Shown here: piece after piece, positions 1 to 9,644 of the stretch
Layout: each line of letters begins with the position of its first letter
Position numbering within the stretch: the first letter of the stretch is position 1
Assembly (NCBI GenBank): GCA_965208575.1
Contig: CBDBOV010000002.1
Span: forward strand, 64,001 to 128,000
Origin: Spirochaetia bacterium
GTDB lineage: Bacteria; Spirochaetota; Spirochaetia; SZUA-6; Bin103
Length of the DNA: 64,000 nucleotides
Direction of reading: 5' to 3'
The notes under the pieces: generated by a model
Database searches by the model: none
Told to the model about the DNA's origin: nothing
Seen by the model: only the letters and a program-made list of their open reading frames with translations
Made by a program: the position numbers and the translations under genes

Positions 1-2
1 CG

Positions 3-671
3 CGCCTGCTCGCCCCGGTGGTGCCGCCGGCGGTGGTCTGCATCGGCCTCAACTACCGCCGCCACGCCGAGGAGTCGGGCGCCGCCATCCCCGATCACCC
101 GGTGGTGTTCATGAAGATGCCGTCGTCGATTCAGCACCCCGGCGGCCCGATCGCGCTGCCGCGTACGCTGCGCAGCGACAAGGTCGACTACGAGTGCGAG
201 CTCGCGGTGGTGATCGGGCGGCGCTGCCGCAATGTCTCCCGCCGCGTGGCGCTCGACTACGTGCTCGGCTACACCTGCGGCAACGACGTCAGCGCCCGCG
301 ACTGGCAGAACGAATGGGGCGGCGGCCAGTGGTGCCGCGGCAAGACGTTCGACACCTTCTGTCCGCTCGGCCCGGCGCTGGTCACCGGCGACGAGATTCG
401 CAATCCCAACGCCCTGCGCATCCGCACCGTGATCAACGGCGAGACGCTGCAGGACTGGAACACCAGCGACATGATCTTCGACGTGCCGGCGCTGATCTCC
501 TTCCTGAGCGGCAGCACCACCCTGGAGCCGGGCACGGTGATCATGACCGGCACCCCGCACGGCGTAGGCGGCGCGCGCACCCCGCCGCGCTTCCTGCAGC
601 CCGGCGACGAGGTGACCGTGGACATCGAGACCATCGGCGCCCTCACCAACCCCGTGGTCGCCGAGGAGTGA
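3..671 (+). CDS. Fumarylacetoacetate hydrolase (FAH) family protein, 5'-truncated by window edge
   Basis: [33 protein letters not shown] and MTGTP motifs; frame is open from the window start. Confidence 0.93.
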   Translation, partial: RLLAPVVPPAVVCIGLNYRRHAEESGAAIPDHPVVFMKMPSSIQHPGGPIALPRTLRSDKVDYECELAVVIGRRCRNVSRRVALDYVLGYTCGNDVSARDWQNEWGGGQWCRGKTFDTFCPLGPALVTGDEIRNPNALRIRTVINGETLQDWNTSDMIFDVPALISFLSGSTTLEPGTVIMTGTPHGVGGARTPPRFLQPGDEVTVDIETIGALTNPVVAEE

Positions 672-729
672 GAGGAGTGAGCCCCGCCAGTTGCCGGACG
701 GAATCGGCGGCCGTAGGCTGGCGGGCGCG

Positions 730-927
730 ATGAAGTATCGGGTGGTCCTGATCGAGTCGGACGAGGGGTACGCGGTCAGGTGTCCGGCGTTGCGCGGATG
801 CCACTCCCAAGGAACCACGGTCGAGGAGGCGCTGGAGAACATCAAGGAAGCGATCCGCGATTGGTTGGCCGTCGACGATCAGCAGCGCTCCGAGCTCAAG
901 GTCATTGAGACTGAAGTAGTCGTTTGA
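730..927 (+). CDS. hicB: HicB-family antitoxin (short form)
   Basis: MKYRVVLIESDEGYAVRCPALRGCHSQGTTVEEALENIKEAI is a typical HicB N-terminal fold; stop overlaps the next ATG (TGATG). Confidence 0.88.
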   Translation: MKYRVVLIESDEGYAVRCPALRGCHSQGTTVEEALENIKEAIRDWLAVDDQQRSELKVIETEVVV

Positions 928-1138
928 TGCCGCGCATCCCCGGAGTGGGTACCGGCAAGCTGTTCGTGTCCTTGAGAAACTCGGGTACCGCGTCGTCAGA
1001 CAGAGCGGGCATGCCGTGATGTCCAACGGCGAAGTCACGGTGACCATTCCTCGCCACAATCCGGTGAACGCCTACACCATGGGCGCGATTGCGCGTGATG
1101 TCGGGCTGACACCCGCCGAGTTTCTGCAACTCAAGTGA
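927..1138 (+). pseudogene. hicA: HicA-family mRNA interferase toxin, frameshifted (about 1 nt missing near 948)
   Basis: ATG927 gives MPRIPGV; the HicA-like YRQAVRVLEKLGYRVVRQSGHAVMSNGEVTVTIPRHNPVNAYTMGAIARDVGLTPAEFLQLK* continues in another frame; span is 212 nt; absent from the ORF track. Confidence 0.82.
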
Positions 1139-1139
1139 G

Positions 1140-2048
1140 CTACGCCGATGTCGACTGCGTCGTGGCATGGAGCGCTGCTTCAAGCAACCGGATGAGGGCC
1201 GGTTTGCGGCGGCGGCGGGCGTAGTCGAGGGCGGTCTCGCCGCCGGGTTGTGTTGGCCCGGGCCTCGTGCGCAGGCAGAGGTCAGGGTGGTATGCGAGGA
1301 CCAACCTCACCCAGCCGATGGTGCCGGCGATCACGGCGTCGTGCAGCGCCGTCTTTCCGGCGCCGTCCTGGCGGCCCGGATCGGCTCCGTGGTCCAGCAG
1401 CAGGCGCGCCATTTCCTTGTGCCGGTTGGCGATGGCGCGATGCAGGGCGGCCCCGCCGAAGTGGCCGGCGGCGCAACCGGGGTCGGCGCCCCGTTCCAGC
1501 AGCACCGCGGCCGCGGCGAGCGCGTCGGCCTCGACGGCGTCGGCCAGCGGCGGGTGGCCGTGCCGGTTGACCGCGCCGATGTCGGCGCCGCGGTCGAGCA
1601 GCAGGCGAACCGCCGCCGGCTGATCGCCGCGCGCGGCGGCATGCAGCGGCGTGCCGCCCACCCGGTCGCGCCCGCCGGCCGTGGATGGGTCGGCATCGAG
1701 CATGCGGCGCAACTCGTCCAGCACCCCGAGCCCGGCGGCGTCGGCGGCGCGCATGCGACAGCCACTTCGCACCAGCAGGGCGGCGATCTCCCGGGAACCG
1801 GCCGCCGTGGCCGCGTCCATCAGTGATGAGCCGCCGTCGTTGACCTGCAGCGGGTCGGCGCCGCGGTCGAGCAGCAGCGCCACTAGCTCCGGGCGGCGCG
1901 CGTCGACCGCCTCCCGCACCGGCGTATTGCCGTGTGCGTTGCGGGCATCGACCAGACCGGGATGCCGGTGGAGCAGCGCGTGCACGTGCGCGGCCGGGCC
2001 GCGGCGGACGGCTTCCAGGAGCTGTTTGCGTAGCTCGCGCAGGTCCAT
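1140..2048 (-). CDS. Ankyrin repeat protein
   Basis: Repeated ankyrin motifs: GNTPVREA, GGTPLHAAA, GHPPLADA, GAALHRA, GKTALHDA, GETALDYA, each with LL..GAD-like turns. Confidence 0.92.
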   Translation of the reverse strand: MDLRELRKQLLEAVRRGPAAHVHALLHRHPGLVDARNAHGNTPVREAVDARRPELVALLLDRGADPLQVNDGGSSLMDAATAAGSREIAALLVRSGCRMRAADAAGLGVLDELRRMLDADPSTAGGRDRVGGTPLHAAARGDQPAAVRLLLDRGADIGAVNRHGHPPLADAVEADALAAAAVLLERGADPGCAAGHFGGAALHRAIANRHKEMARLLLDHGADPGRQDGAGKTALHDAVIAGTIGWVRLVLAYHPDLCLRTRPGPTQPGGETALDYARRRRKPALIRLLEAALHATTQSTSA

Positions 2049-2063
2049 CGGCAATCGGTCACG

Positions 2064-3479
2064 TCAGGTGTTGAACATCTCTTCCACGCGCGAAATCGAC
2101 TCGGTCTTGGCCACCATGGTGAGCTTGTCGCGGTCGCGCAGGGTGTAGTTGCTGCGCGGCACGATGTGCGAGCCGTTGCGCGTCACCGCCACGATCAGGG
2201 AGTTGTCCGGCATGCGCACGTCGCGGACCGCGCGCCCCACGAAGCCGCGCGATCCGTCGAGCGTCGACTCGATCACCTCCGCCAGGCCGCCGAAGATGCT
2301 GTGCACGCTCTTCACCTTGCCGCGCCGGATGAACTTGAGGATGGTGTTCACGACGCTGTACTTGGGGCTGATGATCACGTCCGCGCCGAGCCGCGACGCC
2401 ACGGTCAGGTAGTTGAACTTGTTGACCAGGGCGATGGAGCGCTTGATGCCGAGCGTCTTGGCGTAGATCGCCACCAGGATGTTGAGCTCCGGATTGTCGG
2501 TGGTGGTGATGATCAGGTCGGACCCGGCGAGCGCCTCCTCCTCGAAGAAGCCCTCTTCCGACACGTCGCTGTTGATCACCACTGCGTCCGGGAACTGCTC
2601 GGCGAGGCGCTTGCAGTTGTCGTAGTTGGCGTCGACGATCTTCAGGCGCTTGTTGTGGCGGCGCAGGTAGTCGAGCAGGCGGCGCGGGCGGCGTGACCGG
2701 CTGCCGTTGCTGCTGAACCCGCGCTGCGTGAGCGAGCCGGCGACGAAGCTTCCGACCCGCCCACCGCCGATCAGCAGCACCCGGTTCAGGTCCACGCGCG
2801 GACGTCCGGCAATCACGAACACCTCCTCGAGGGTGTGTTCGGCCGCGACCAGGTAGAGCTCGTCGCCCGACTCCACGACGGTGTCGCCGCGCGGCACGAA
2901 GAAATCCTCGCCGCGGGAGATGCCGGCGACCAGGAAGTCGGCGTCCAGGGACTGCTTGATCGACGCGATGCTCTGCTTGGCGAACAGGGTGCGGCTGTCG
3001 ACCATGAAGTTGCGCATCTGCAGGTCGGTGTTCTCGAACGTCATCACGTCGCTGGTGGCGCCCTGCTCGACCGACTTGACGATCGCCTGGGCCGCCTCGA
3101 TCTCGGGATTGACGAAGTAGTCGACGTCCATCAGCGAGTGGCCGGACAGGTTGGAGTTGGCGTAGTCGGGGTTGCGCACGCGGGCGATCTTGCACGGCAC
3201 CCCGAACTCGCTGGCCACCAGGCCGCAGGAGACGATGTTCAATTCGTCGCTGTCGGTGACGCTGATGAAGAAGTCGGCGGCCTCGATGCCCGCCTCGCGC
3301 AACGCCGGCAGCCGATTGCCGGAGTCGTTGATCACCATGCAGTCCAGGTGGTTGACCGCGTACTTGGCGGTTTCCGGGTCGCGCTCGATCAGAACGACGT
3401 TCTTGTTGTCAGCGATCAGGTGCCGCGCCACCTGGAACCCGGTGGTGCCGGCACCCGCGATGACAACCTTCTCAGCCAT
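2064..3479 (-). CDS. trkA: Trk system potassium uptake protein TrkA
   Basis: Two RCK N-domains (IAGAGTTG; IGGGRVG), KIARVRN, FVNPEIEAA; start chosen at MAEKVV. Confidence 0.9.
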   Translation of the reverse strand: MAEKVVIAGAGTTGFQVARHLIADNKNVVLIERDPETAKYAVNHLDCMVINDSGNRLPALREAGIEAADFFISVTDSDELNIVSCGLVASEFGVPCKIARVRNPDYANSNLSGHSLMDVDYFVNPEIEAAQAIVKSVEQGATSDVMTFENTDLQMRNFMVDSRTLFAKQSIASIKQSLDADFLVAGISRGEDFFVPRGDTVVESGDELYLVAAEHTLEEVFVIAGRPRVDLNRVLLIGGGRVGSFVAGSLTQRGFSSNGSRSRRPRRLLDYLRRHNKRLKIVDANYDNCKRLAEQFPDAVVINSDVSEEGFFEEEALAGSDLIITTTDNPELNILVAIYAKTLGIKRSIALVNKFNYLTVASRLGADVIISPKYSVVNTILKFIRRGKVKSVHSIFGGLAEVIESTLDGSRGFVGRAVRDVRMPDNSLIVAVTRNGSHIVPRSNYTLRDRDKLTMVAKTESISRVEEMFNT

Positions 3480-3585
3480 CGGTTCCAATATGACCGCTGC
3501 GCGGGAAGCCGGCAACCTGCAAAGCCCCCGCCGGCCCGCCGCCGGCACTGGCCATTTTCGCCGCTCCGTGGTGGAATCGGCAGCC

Positions 3586-4929
3586 ATGAAGATCACTTTC
3601 ATCGGGGCGGGGTCCACCGTATTCGTGAAGAACATCATCGGCGACTGCATGCTCACCGAACCGCTGCGCGACGCCACGGTCGCGTTGTACGACATCAACG
3701 CCAGGCGGCTGCAGGAGTCCAAGGCGATGCTGGACACGCTGAACGGAAACATCAACGCGGCGTGCGCCGGCATCGAGACCTACCTGGGAACGGAGCAGCG
3801 CCGGGAGGCGCTGCGCGGCGCCGACTTCGTGGTCAACGCCATCCAGGTGGGCGGCTACGAACCGAGCACGGTGATCGATTTCGAGGTGCCCAAGAAGTAC
3901 GGGCTACGCCAGACCATCGCCGACACGCTCGGCATCGGCGGCATCTTCCGGGCCCTGCGCACCATTCCGGTGATGCTCGACTTCGCCCGCGACATGGAGG
4001 AGGTGGCGCCGGACGCCTGGCTGCTGAACTACACCAACCCGATGGCGATGGTGATGGGCGCGGTGCTGCACGCCACCGGCGTGCGCGCCGTCGGGCTGTG
4101 CCACTCGGTGCAGGCGTGCGTGCCGAAGCTGCTCGGGAGGCTGGGCATGGAGCAGGATCCGGCGGTAACCAAGTGGCAGATCGCCGGCATCAACCACCAG
4201 GCGTGGCTGCTGGAATTGAAGGCGGCCGGCGCCGACCTGTACCCGGAGGTGAAGCGGCGCGCCGCCGAGATGAACTGCGCGGCGCGGGACGGCCGCGACA
4301 AGCACGACGACATGATTCGCTTCGAGATGATGCGTCACTTCGGGTACTACGTCACCGAGTCGTCCGAGCACAGCGCCGAGTACTTCCCGTACTGGATCAA
4401 GAGCACTCACCCGGAGTTGATCGAGGAGTTCAACATCCCGCTCGACGAGTACATCCGCCGCTGCATCCTCAACATCGAGCGCTGGAGCACGCAGAGCGCC
4501 ACCATGGTCGGCAACTCCGACCTGGGCCACGAGCGCTCGGTGGAGTACGGTTCGCGCATCATGGAGGCGATCGTCACCGACACCCCTTACCGCATTCACG
4601 GCAACATCCTCAACGACGGCTTCATCGGCAACCTGCCAGCCGGGGCGTGTGTCGAGGTGCCTTCGCTGGTGGACCGCAACGGCGTGCAGGGCTGCGTGGT
4701 GGGCGATCTGCCGGAGCCGTGCGCGGCGCTGAACCGCACCAACGTCAACGTGCAACTGCTCACCGTGGAGGCGGCGCTGGAGCGGCGCCGCGACCGCATC
4801 TACCAGGCCGCGATGCTCGACCCGCACACCGCGGCCGAGCTGTCGTTGGACCAGATCGTGAGCATGTGCGACGAGCTCATCGAGGCCCACGGCGACCTGC
4901 TGCCGTCCTATCGGAGCAACGGTGCGTAG
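3586..4929 (+). CDS. melA: GH4 NAD+/Mn2+-dependent alpha-galactosidase (MelA-like)
   Basis: KITFIGAGSTVF, QTIADTLGIGGIFRALRTIP, LNYTNPMA, VGLCHSVQ, GINHQAW, TESSEH, AAMLDPHTAAEL. Confidence 0.9.
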   Translation: MKITFIGAGSTVFVKNIIGDCMLTEPLRDATVALYDINARRLQESKAMLDTLNGNINAACAGIETYLGTEQRREALRGADFVVNAIQVGGYEPSTVIDFEVPKKYGLRQTIADTLGIGGIFRALRTIPVMLDFARDMEEVAPDAWLLNYTNPMAMVMGAVLHATGVRAVGLCHSVQACVPKLLGRLGMEQDPAVTKWQIAGINHQAWLLELKAAGADLYPEVKRRAAEMNCAARDGRDKHDDMIRFEMMRHFGYYVTESSEHSAEYFPYWIKSTHPELIEEFNIPLDEYIRRCILNIERWSTQSATMVGNSDLGHERSVEYGSRIMEAIVTDTPYRIHGNILNDGFIGNLPAGACVEVPSLVDRNGVQGCVVGDLPEPCAALNRTNVNVQLLTVEAALERRRDRIYQAAMLDPHTAAELSLDQIVSMCDELIEAHGDLLPSYRSNGA

Positions 4930-5012
4930 CCGTCGCGGCCCGGCGGCGGGCGCGGCGCGGTGCGCTGGCCGTGCGGTGCACACCGGTTGCACTACCGCGG
5001 GGGGGCGCTGAC

Positions 5013-6530
5013 ATGGCTGGATTGTTGCTGGGCTACGACCTCGGCAGCTCCGCCATCAAGGCGGCGCTGGTGGATGTCGAGAGCGGCCGGGTGGCGGCTC
5101 GGGCCACCTCGCCCGACACCGAACTGGAGATGGCGGCGCCGCGCCCCGGCTGGGCGGAGCAGAACCCCGACGTGTGGTGGCAACACATGGTGGCGGCCAC
5201 CGCGCAGCTCGGCGATGCCCTGCGCGGCACCGGAATGGCGCTTGCCGACGTGCAGGCGGTCGGCGTCGCCTACCAGATGCACGGCCTGGTGCTGACCGAC
5301 GCCGCCGGCGCGGTGCTGCGCCCGGCGATCATCTGGTGCGACAGCCGCGCCGTGGAAATCGGCGACCGGGCGTTCGCCGAGCTGGGGCCGGAGCAGGTCC
5401 TGCGCCGGCTGCTCAACTCGCCGGGCAATTTCACCGCCTCCAAGATGCGCTGGGTGATCGAGAACGAGCCGCGGGTGGCGGCGGCGGCGGCGCACTTCCT
5501 GCTGCCGGGCGACTACATCGCCTGGCGGCTGACCGGCGAGTGGGCCACCACCCCGTCCGGCCTGTCGGAGGGCATCCTGTGGGACTTCGCGCGCTCTCAG
5601 CGCGCCGACTTCCTGCTCGACCATTACGGCATCGACGCGGCGCTGCTGCCGCCGGAGGCGCCCACGTTCTCGGAGCAGGGCGCGCTGACCGGGGCGGCGG
5701 CGGCCGAACTGGGGGTGCCGGCGGGCACGCCGCTCACCTACCGGGGCGGCGATCAGCCCAATAACGCGCTGTCCCTCGGCGTGCTCGAACCGGGCACCGC
5801 GGCCGCCACCGCCGGCACCTCCGGGGTGGTATACGGCGTCGCCGAACGCGCCGACTACGACCCCGCCTCGCGGGTCAACACCTTCGTGCACGTGAACCAC
5901 GAGGCGGGACGCCCGCGCTACGGGGTGCTGCTGTGCCTGAACGGCTGCGGCATCCTGAACAGTTGGCTGCGCCGCGCCTGCGCGGGCGAGCGCGGCTACC
6001 CGGCCATGAACGTTGCCGCCGCAGAGGTGCCGGTGGGCGCGGACGGGGTGGTGCTGCTGCCGTTCGGCAACGGCGCCGAGCGCATGCTCGGCAACCGCGA
6101 TCCGGGCGCGTCGGTGCACGGCCTGCGTTTCAACAGCCACGACGAGCGCCACCTGCTGCGCGCCGGCCAGGAGGGGGTGGCGTTCAGCCTCGCCTACGGC
6201 CTCGAGGTGATGCGCGAGGTGGGCGTGCAAGCCGCCACCGTGCGCGCCGGCGATGCCAACCTGTTTCTGAGCCCGCTGTTCCGCGAGGCGTTCGCCGCCA
6301 CCACCGGCGCCACAATCGAGCTGTACGACACCGACGGCGCCGAGGGCGCGGCGCGCGGCGCGGGGATCGGCGCCGGCATCCACGACTACGACACCGCCTT
6401 CGGCACCATGGGCCGCGTCCTGACCGTAGCGCCGGATGCGGCGTTGCAACCCGCCTACGCGGACGCCTACCGGCACTGGCGCGCCCACCTCGACGCCGCC
6501 CTTGCAGGAGAATGGCGACCCGGTGCCTGA
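5013..6530 (+). CDS. xylB: FGGY-family carbohydrate kinase, probable xylulokinase
   Basis: GYDLGSSAIKA, PGWAEQNP, YQMHGLV, IIWCDSR, GDQPNNA, TAGTSG; the real gene is only the C-terminal part of track ORF 2835..6530. Confidence 0.85.
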   Translation: MAGLLLGYDLGSSAIKAALVDVESGRVAARATSPDTELEMAAPRPGWAEQNPDVWWQHMVAATAQLGDALRGTGMALADVQAVGVAYQMHGLVLTDAAGAVLRPAIIWCDSRAVEIGDRAFAELGPEQVLRRLLNSPGNFTASKMRWVIENEPRVAAAAAHFLLPGDYIAWRLTGEWATTPSGLSEGILWDFARSQRADFLLDHYGIDAALLPPEAPTFSEQGALTGAAAAELGVPAGTPLTYRGGDQPNNALSLGVLEPGTAAATAGTSGVVYGVAERADYDPASRVNTFVHVNHEAGRPRYGVLLCLNGCGILNSWLRRACAGERGYPAMNVAAAEVPVGADGVVLLPFGNGAERMLGNRDPGASVHGLRFNSHDERHLLRAGQEGVAFSLAYGLEVMREVGVQAATVRAGDANLFLSPLFREAFAATTGATIELYDTDGAEGAARGAGIGAGIHDYDTAFGTMGRVLTVAPDAALQPAYADAYRHWRAHLDAALAGEWRPGA

Positions 6531-6537
6531 TCCTCGG

Positions 6538-6669
6538 ATGTCGATTGGGGACGCCATGACGTTCCACAGTGGCGTGCTGAGCGAACACGGCGCCGCTCCG
6601 CAACTGGAGACCACGGTAGCGATGGTGGAAGTCGAGGTCATGCCGGCCGCAACAGTAGGGGTGCGCTGA
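6538..6669 (+). pseudogene. Possible C-terminal remnant of a second HicB-like antitoxin
   Basis: SIGDAMTFHSGVLSEHGAAPQLETTVAMVEVEV resembles the HicB tail (I.EA..FH.E.L.E.G...P.....V.V); N-terminus absent. Confidence 0.35.
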
Positions 6670-6712
6670 CTCCTTCGTTGGCACAAGATCGGCGCCCCCG
6701 CCCGGTTGAGCC

Positions 6713-7432
6713 GTGATCGCCACCTATATCAACGCGGCCGCGGTGATCGTCGGCGCGCTGATCGGGCTGCTGCTGCGGCGCGCCATCAGCGACCGGTTTC
6801 GCGACGTGGTGACCAGCGGCATCGGCGTGATCACCCTGGTGCTCGGCTTCCGGCTCGGCTTCGAGTCGCAGCAGATCGTCTACCTGGCGCTGTCGGTGGC
6901 GGTCGGCGGCCTGCTCGGCGAGTGGTGGAAGATCGAGCAGGGCGTGACCGGGCTCGGCGCCGTTCTGCACCGGCTGCTGTGGCGGCGCGAAACGCGAGCG
7001 GCGGCCGCGGCCGACAGCCGGCGCGGGTTTGCGGTCGCCTTCCTGAATGCCTCGGTGCTGTTCTGTGTCGGCGCCATGACCCTGGTCGGCTCGTTTCGCG
7101 CCGGCGTCGAAGGCGACTACGAACTGCTGCTCACCAAGAGCGTGCTCGACGGCTTCATGGCGGTGCTGCTGACCGCGGCGCTGGGTATCGGCGTGGCGTT
7201 CGCCAGCCTGGTGATCCTGGTCTACCAGGGCGGCCTGACCCTGCTCAGCCGCGTCCTGCAGCCGCTGGTCTCCGCCGAGCTGATGGCCGAGCTGAGCGCC
7301 GTGGGCGGCGTGCTGATCGTCATGATCGGCATCAACCTGCTCGGCCTCCGCCAACTCAAGACCGCCAACTTCCTGCCCGCGTTCCCGGTCATGGTCGCCC
7401 TGATGGCCCTCGGTCCGCTCGACTTCCTGTAG
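6713..7432 (+). CDS. DUF554 (YdfK/YqgA-like) membrane protein
   Basis: MIATYINAAAV, GGLLGE, SVLFCVGAMT, KSVLDG, ANFLPA; multi-TM. Confidence 0.9.
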   Translation: MIATYINAAAVIVGALIGLLLRRAISDRFRDVVTSGIGVITLVLGFRLGFESQQIVYLALSVAVGGLLGEWWKIEQGVTGLGAVLHRLLWRRETRAAAAADSRRGFAVAFLNASVLFCVGAMTLVGSFRAGVEGDYELLLTKSVLDGFMAVLLTAALGIGVAFASLVILVYQGGLTLLSRVLQPLVSAELMAELSAVGGVLIVMIGINLLGLRQLKTANFLPAFPVMVALMALGPLDFL

Positions 7433-7627
7433 CCCGCAACCTTGGAAATTCGGTCGCTTGACCACTTGCGAACATCGCGCCGTTGGTGGTAGCTTTTGGG
7501 CCGTGTATAAGATCGTTCGTTCCAGAATAGGCCCGCATCGTCTGCCGGTGCCATGCTGCGATTGGCACCTGCGTTCCTTGACGGTGCGTCACCACGGGAA
7601 TAGGTTGCTACCGAGGCGCGGAACCCC

Positions 7628-8320
7628 ATGACGAGCACTCACAAGGCCGACCATCTCGATCCGAAGTCGCTCGTGACGCGCATCATCGCGGAGCTGCAGG
7701 CCAACCCGGAGGCGCAGAGGCTTCTGTTGCGCGCGCTCCTGACCAACGAGTTCCTCGGCATGCCGGCCCGAATGGACCGTATCGAACAGGACATCGCCGA
7801 GCTGAAGATTGACGTGGCCCAACTGAAGGCCGACGTGGCGGAGTTGAAGACCGACGTGGCGGGGCTGAAGACCGACGTCGGATATCTCAAGGGCTCGGAT
7901 CTGGAGATGAAGGTACATCGCCGGATTCAGCCGCTGGTCAGCCAGCGCCTGCAGTTGAGGCGTCCGCGCATCGTGCAGAGCGCGGTCCACCAGGCCGGGG
8001 ATGCGTTCGCGGAACCCCTCGCCGCGGCCGCCGAGGCGGGCGGGATCACCGCCCAACAGGAGTACCGGGTCATGGCCACCGACATCATCCTGCGCGCGCA
8101 ACGGAGCCGCGAGCGAACGCCGGTCTGGGTGGCGATAGAGGTGGCCAACCGGGTGGACGGGGAGGACATCCAGCGCAGCCGGGAGAGCGCGGATGCACTT
8201 GCCGCCGTGTTCGGAGAGGAGGCGGTGGCGCTGGTTGCCGGGTACCGGATCGATGCCGCCGACCGCGACCGGGCCGCCGCCGCCGCGGTGCTCTGCCTGG
8301 AAGTTCCGGAACGGTTCTGA
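7628..8320 (+). CDS. Hypothetical protein: heptad coiled coil plus PD-(D/E)XK-like C-terminal domain
   Basis: Five DVAxLKx heptads followed by TDIILRA...VAIEVA...D; clean codon usage. Confidence 0.7.
   Translation: MTSTHKADHLDPKSLVTRIIAELQANPEAQRLLLRALLTNEFLGMPARMDRIEQDIAELKIDVAQLKADVAELKTDVAGLKTDVGYLKGSDLEMKVHRRIQPLVSQRLQLRRPRIVQSAVHQAGDAFAEPLAAAAEAGGITAQQEYRVMATDIILRAQRSRERTPVWVAIEVANRVDGEDIQRSRESADALAAVFGEEAVALVAGYRIDAADRDRAAAAAVLCLEVPERF
7790..7894 (+). repeat. Five imperfect 21-bp tandem repeats (GACGTGGCnnnnCTGAAGnCC-like) encoding heptads
   Basis: Read directly: [35 protein letters not shown]. Confidence 0.85.
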
Positions 8321-8466
8321 GCCGGTACGGTCACTCCGTGACAGGGAAGACGATGAAAACCGATGCCCGAGCATCGCCCACCAGCCGGCTTTCTCGGACC
8401 AGCGAAGCGCACGCATCGATGCGGTGTGGCAAGCGCGGAACCTAGCGCCCCGGTGGCGCGGCACCG

Positions 8467-9504
8467 TCAGCGGGATACGTCGATCACTATCTTCAGGGCT
8501 TGGCGTTCTCCCGTGGCGAGGGCGGTCATCATCGCCGGCACCTCGTCGAGGGTGCAGTGGCCCTCGATGAAGCCGGACAACTCGCGGTGCAGGCCGCCGA
8601 GCATCGCCACCGCGTCGGCGAACGCGCGCCGGTCGAAGCCGTAGGTGCCCACCAGGGTCCACTCGTAGCTGATCATGTCCTGCAACGGCAGCGGCACCTC
8701 GTGGGCCAGGTTGCCGATCATCAGCACCGTGCCGCCCTCCGCCACCATGCGTACCGCGCTCACGAAGGAGGCGGCACTGCCCACGGCGTCGACCACCACG
8801 TCCGGCGGCTCGCCGAGCGCCGCCGTAACCGCCGAACGGGTATCCTCCACCGTGGCGCCGGCCGCGATCGGCACCGCCGTCGCTCCGAGCTCCGCCGCGC
8901 GCCGCGCCTTGGCGGCTAGCGTATCCAGGGAGGCGATCCGCTCGGCGCCGCGGGCGCGCGCCACCAGCACCCCGGCCATGCCGATGGTGCCGGCGCCGAG
9001 AATCGCCACCCGGCGCGGCGCCACGTTGCGCGCCTCCAGCCGGTGCCAGCCGTGCAGCACTACCCCCAGCGGCTCGGCCAGGAGGCCGACCTCGCTCGGC
9101 ACGCCGTCGGCGAGCGGAATCAGGTTGGCGGCGGGTACCGCCACGTACTCCGCCATCGCCCCCCGCGTGCCGAGGTTCACGCCGATCAACTGCTTGTTGA
9201 GAAACGACGGATCGCCCTCTTCCGGGCTCGGCGCGTGGTCGGCGATGATATTGTACAGTGCCACCCGGGTGCCCGGTGCGGGTGTGCTCGCGCCCGGCCC
9301 GAGCCGCTCCACGGTGCCGCTGACCTCGTGCCCCATCACCATGCCGGGGGCGCGGCGCCCGCTCTCGCCGGTAAAGCCGTGCACGTCGCTGCCGCAGATG
9401 CCCACCGTGTCGACGCGCAGCAGCGCCTCCCCCTCGCCCGGCTCCGGGGCCGGCAGATCGACCACGCTCATGTCCCACGGACCGTTGTACTGAACCGCCT
9501 TCAT
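8467..9504 (-). CDS. Zn-dependent MDR alcohol/sugar dehydrogenase
   Basis: GICGSD..., GHE..G, EPL, ILGAGTIG. Confidence 0.9.
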   Translation of the reverse strand: MKAVQYNGPWDMSVVDLPAPEPGEGEALLRVDTVGICGSDVHGFTGESGRRAPGMVMGHEVSGTVERLGPGASTPAPGTRVALYNIIADHAPSPEEGDPSFLNKQLIGVNLGTRGAMAEYVAVPAANLIPLADGVPSEVGLLAEPLGVVLHGWHRLEARNVAPRRVAILGAGTIGMAGVLVARARGAERIASLDTLAAKARRAAELGATAVPIAAGATVEDTRSAVTAALGEPPDVVVDAVGSAASFVSAVRMVAEGGTVLMIGNLAHEVPLPLQDMISYEWTLVGTYGFDRRAFADAVAMLGGLHRELSGFIEGHCTLDEVPAMMTALATGERQALKIVIDVSR

Positions 9505-9644
9505 CGCCGCCTGAGCATAGCACACGCGCCGCGCGGCGAGGCGGGGAGCTTGGCGGGAGCTGGCGGGAGCGGCGCGCCGGCGTGGCCGCGGTGCCGAAGC
9601 GCTTGGCGGCCGCCGTCGGAGCGCGTAGCCTTGGCTCAGGGATC

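Noticed and set aside
2835-5012. 1231-aa ORF 2835..6530 as one giant protein
   Set aside because: The N-terminal part overlaps trkA (antisense) and melA (other frame); only 5013-6530 has kinase motifs. High-GC shadow frame.
7561-7580. Sigma54 promoter (TTGGCAC...)
   Set aside because: The -12 element reads TTCC rather than TTGC; the similar hits at ~6678 and ~59891 also fail
7790-7894. Repeat array as a CRISPR
   Set aside because: In-frame 21-bp coding heptads with no spacers; no cas genes in the window
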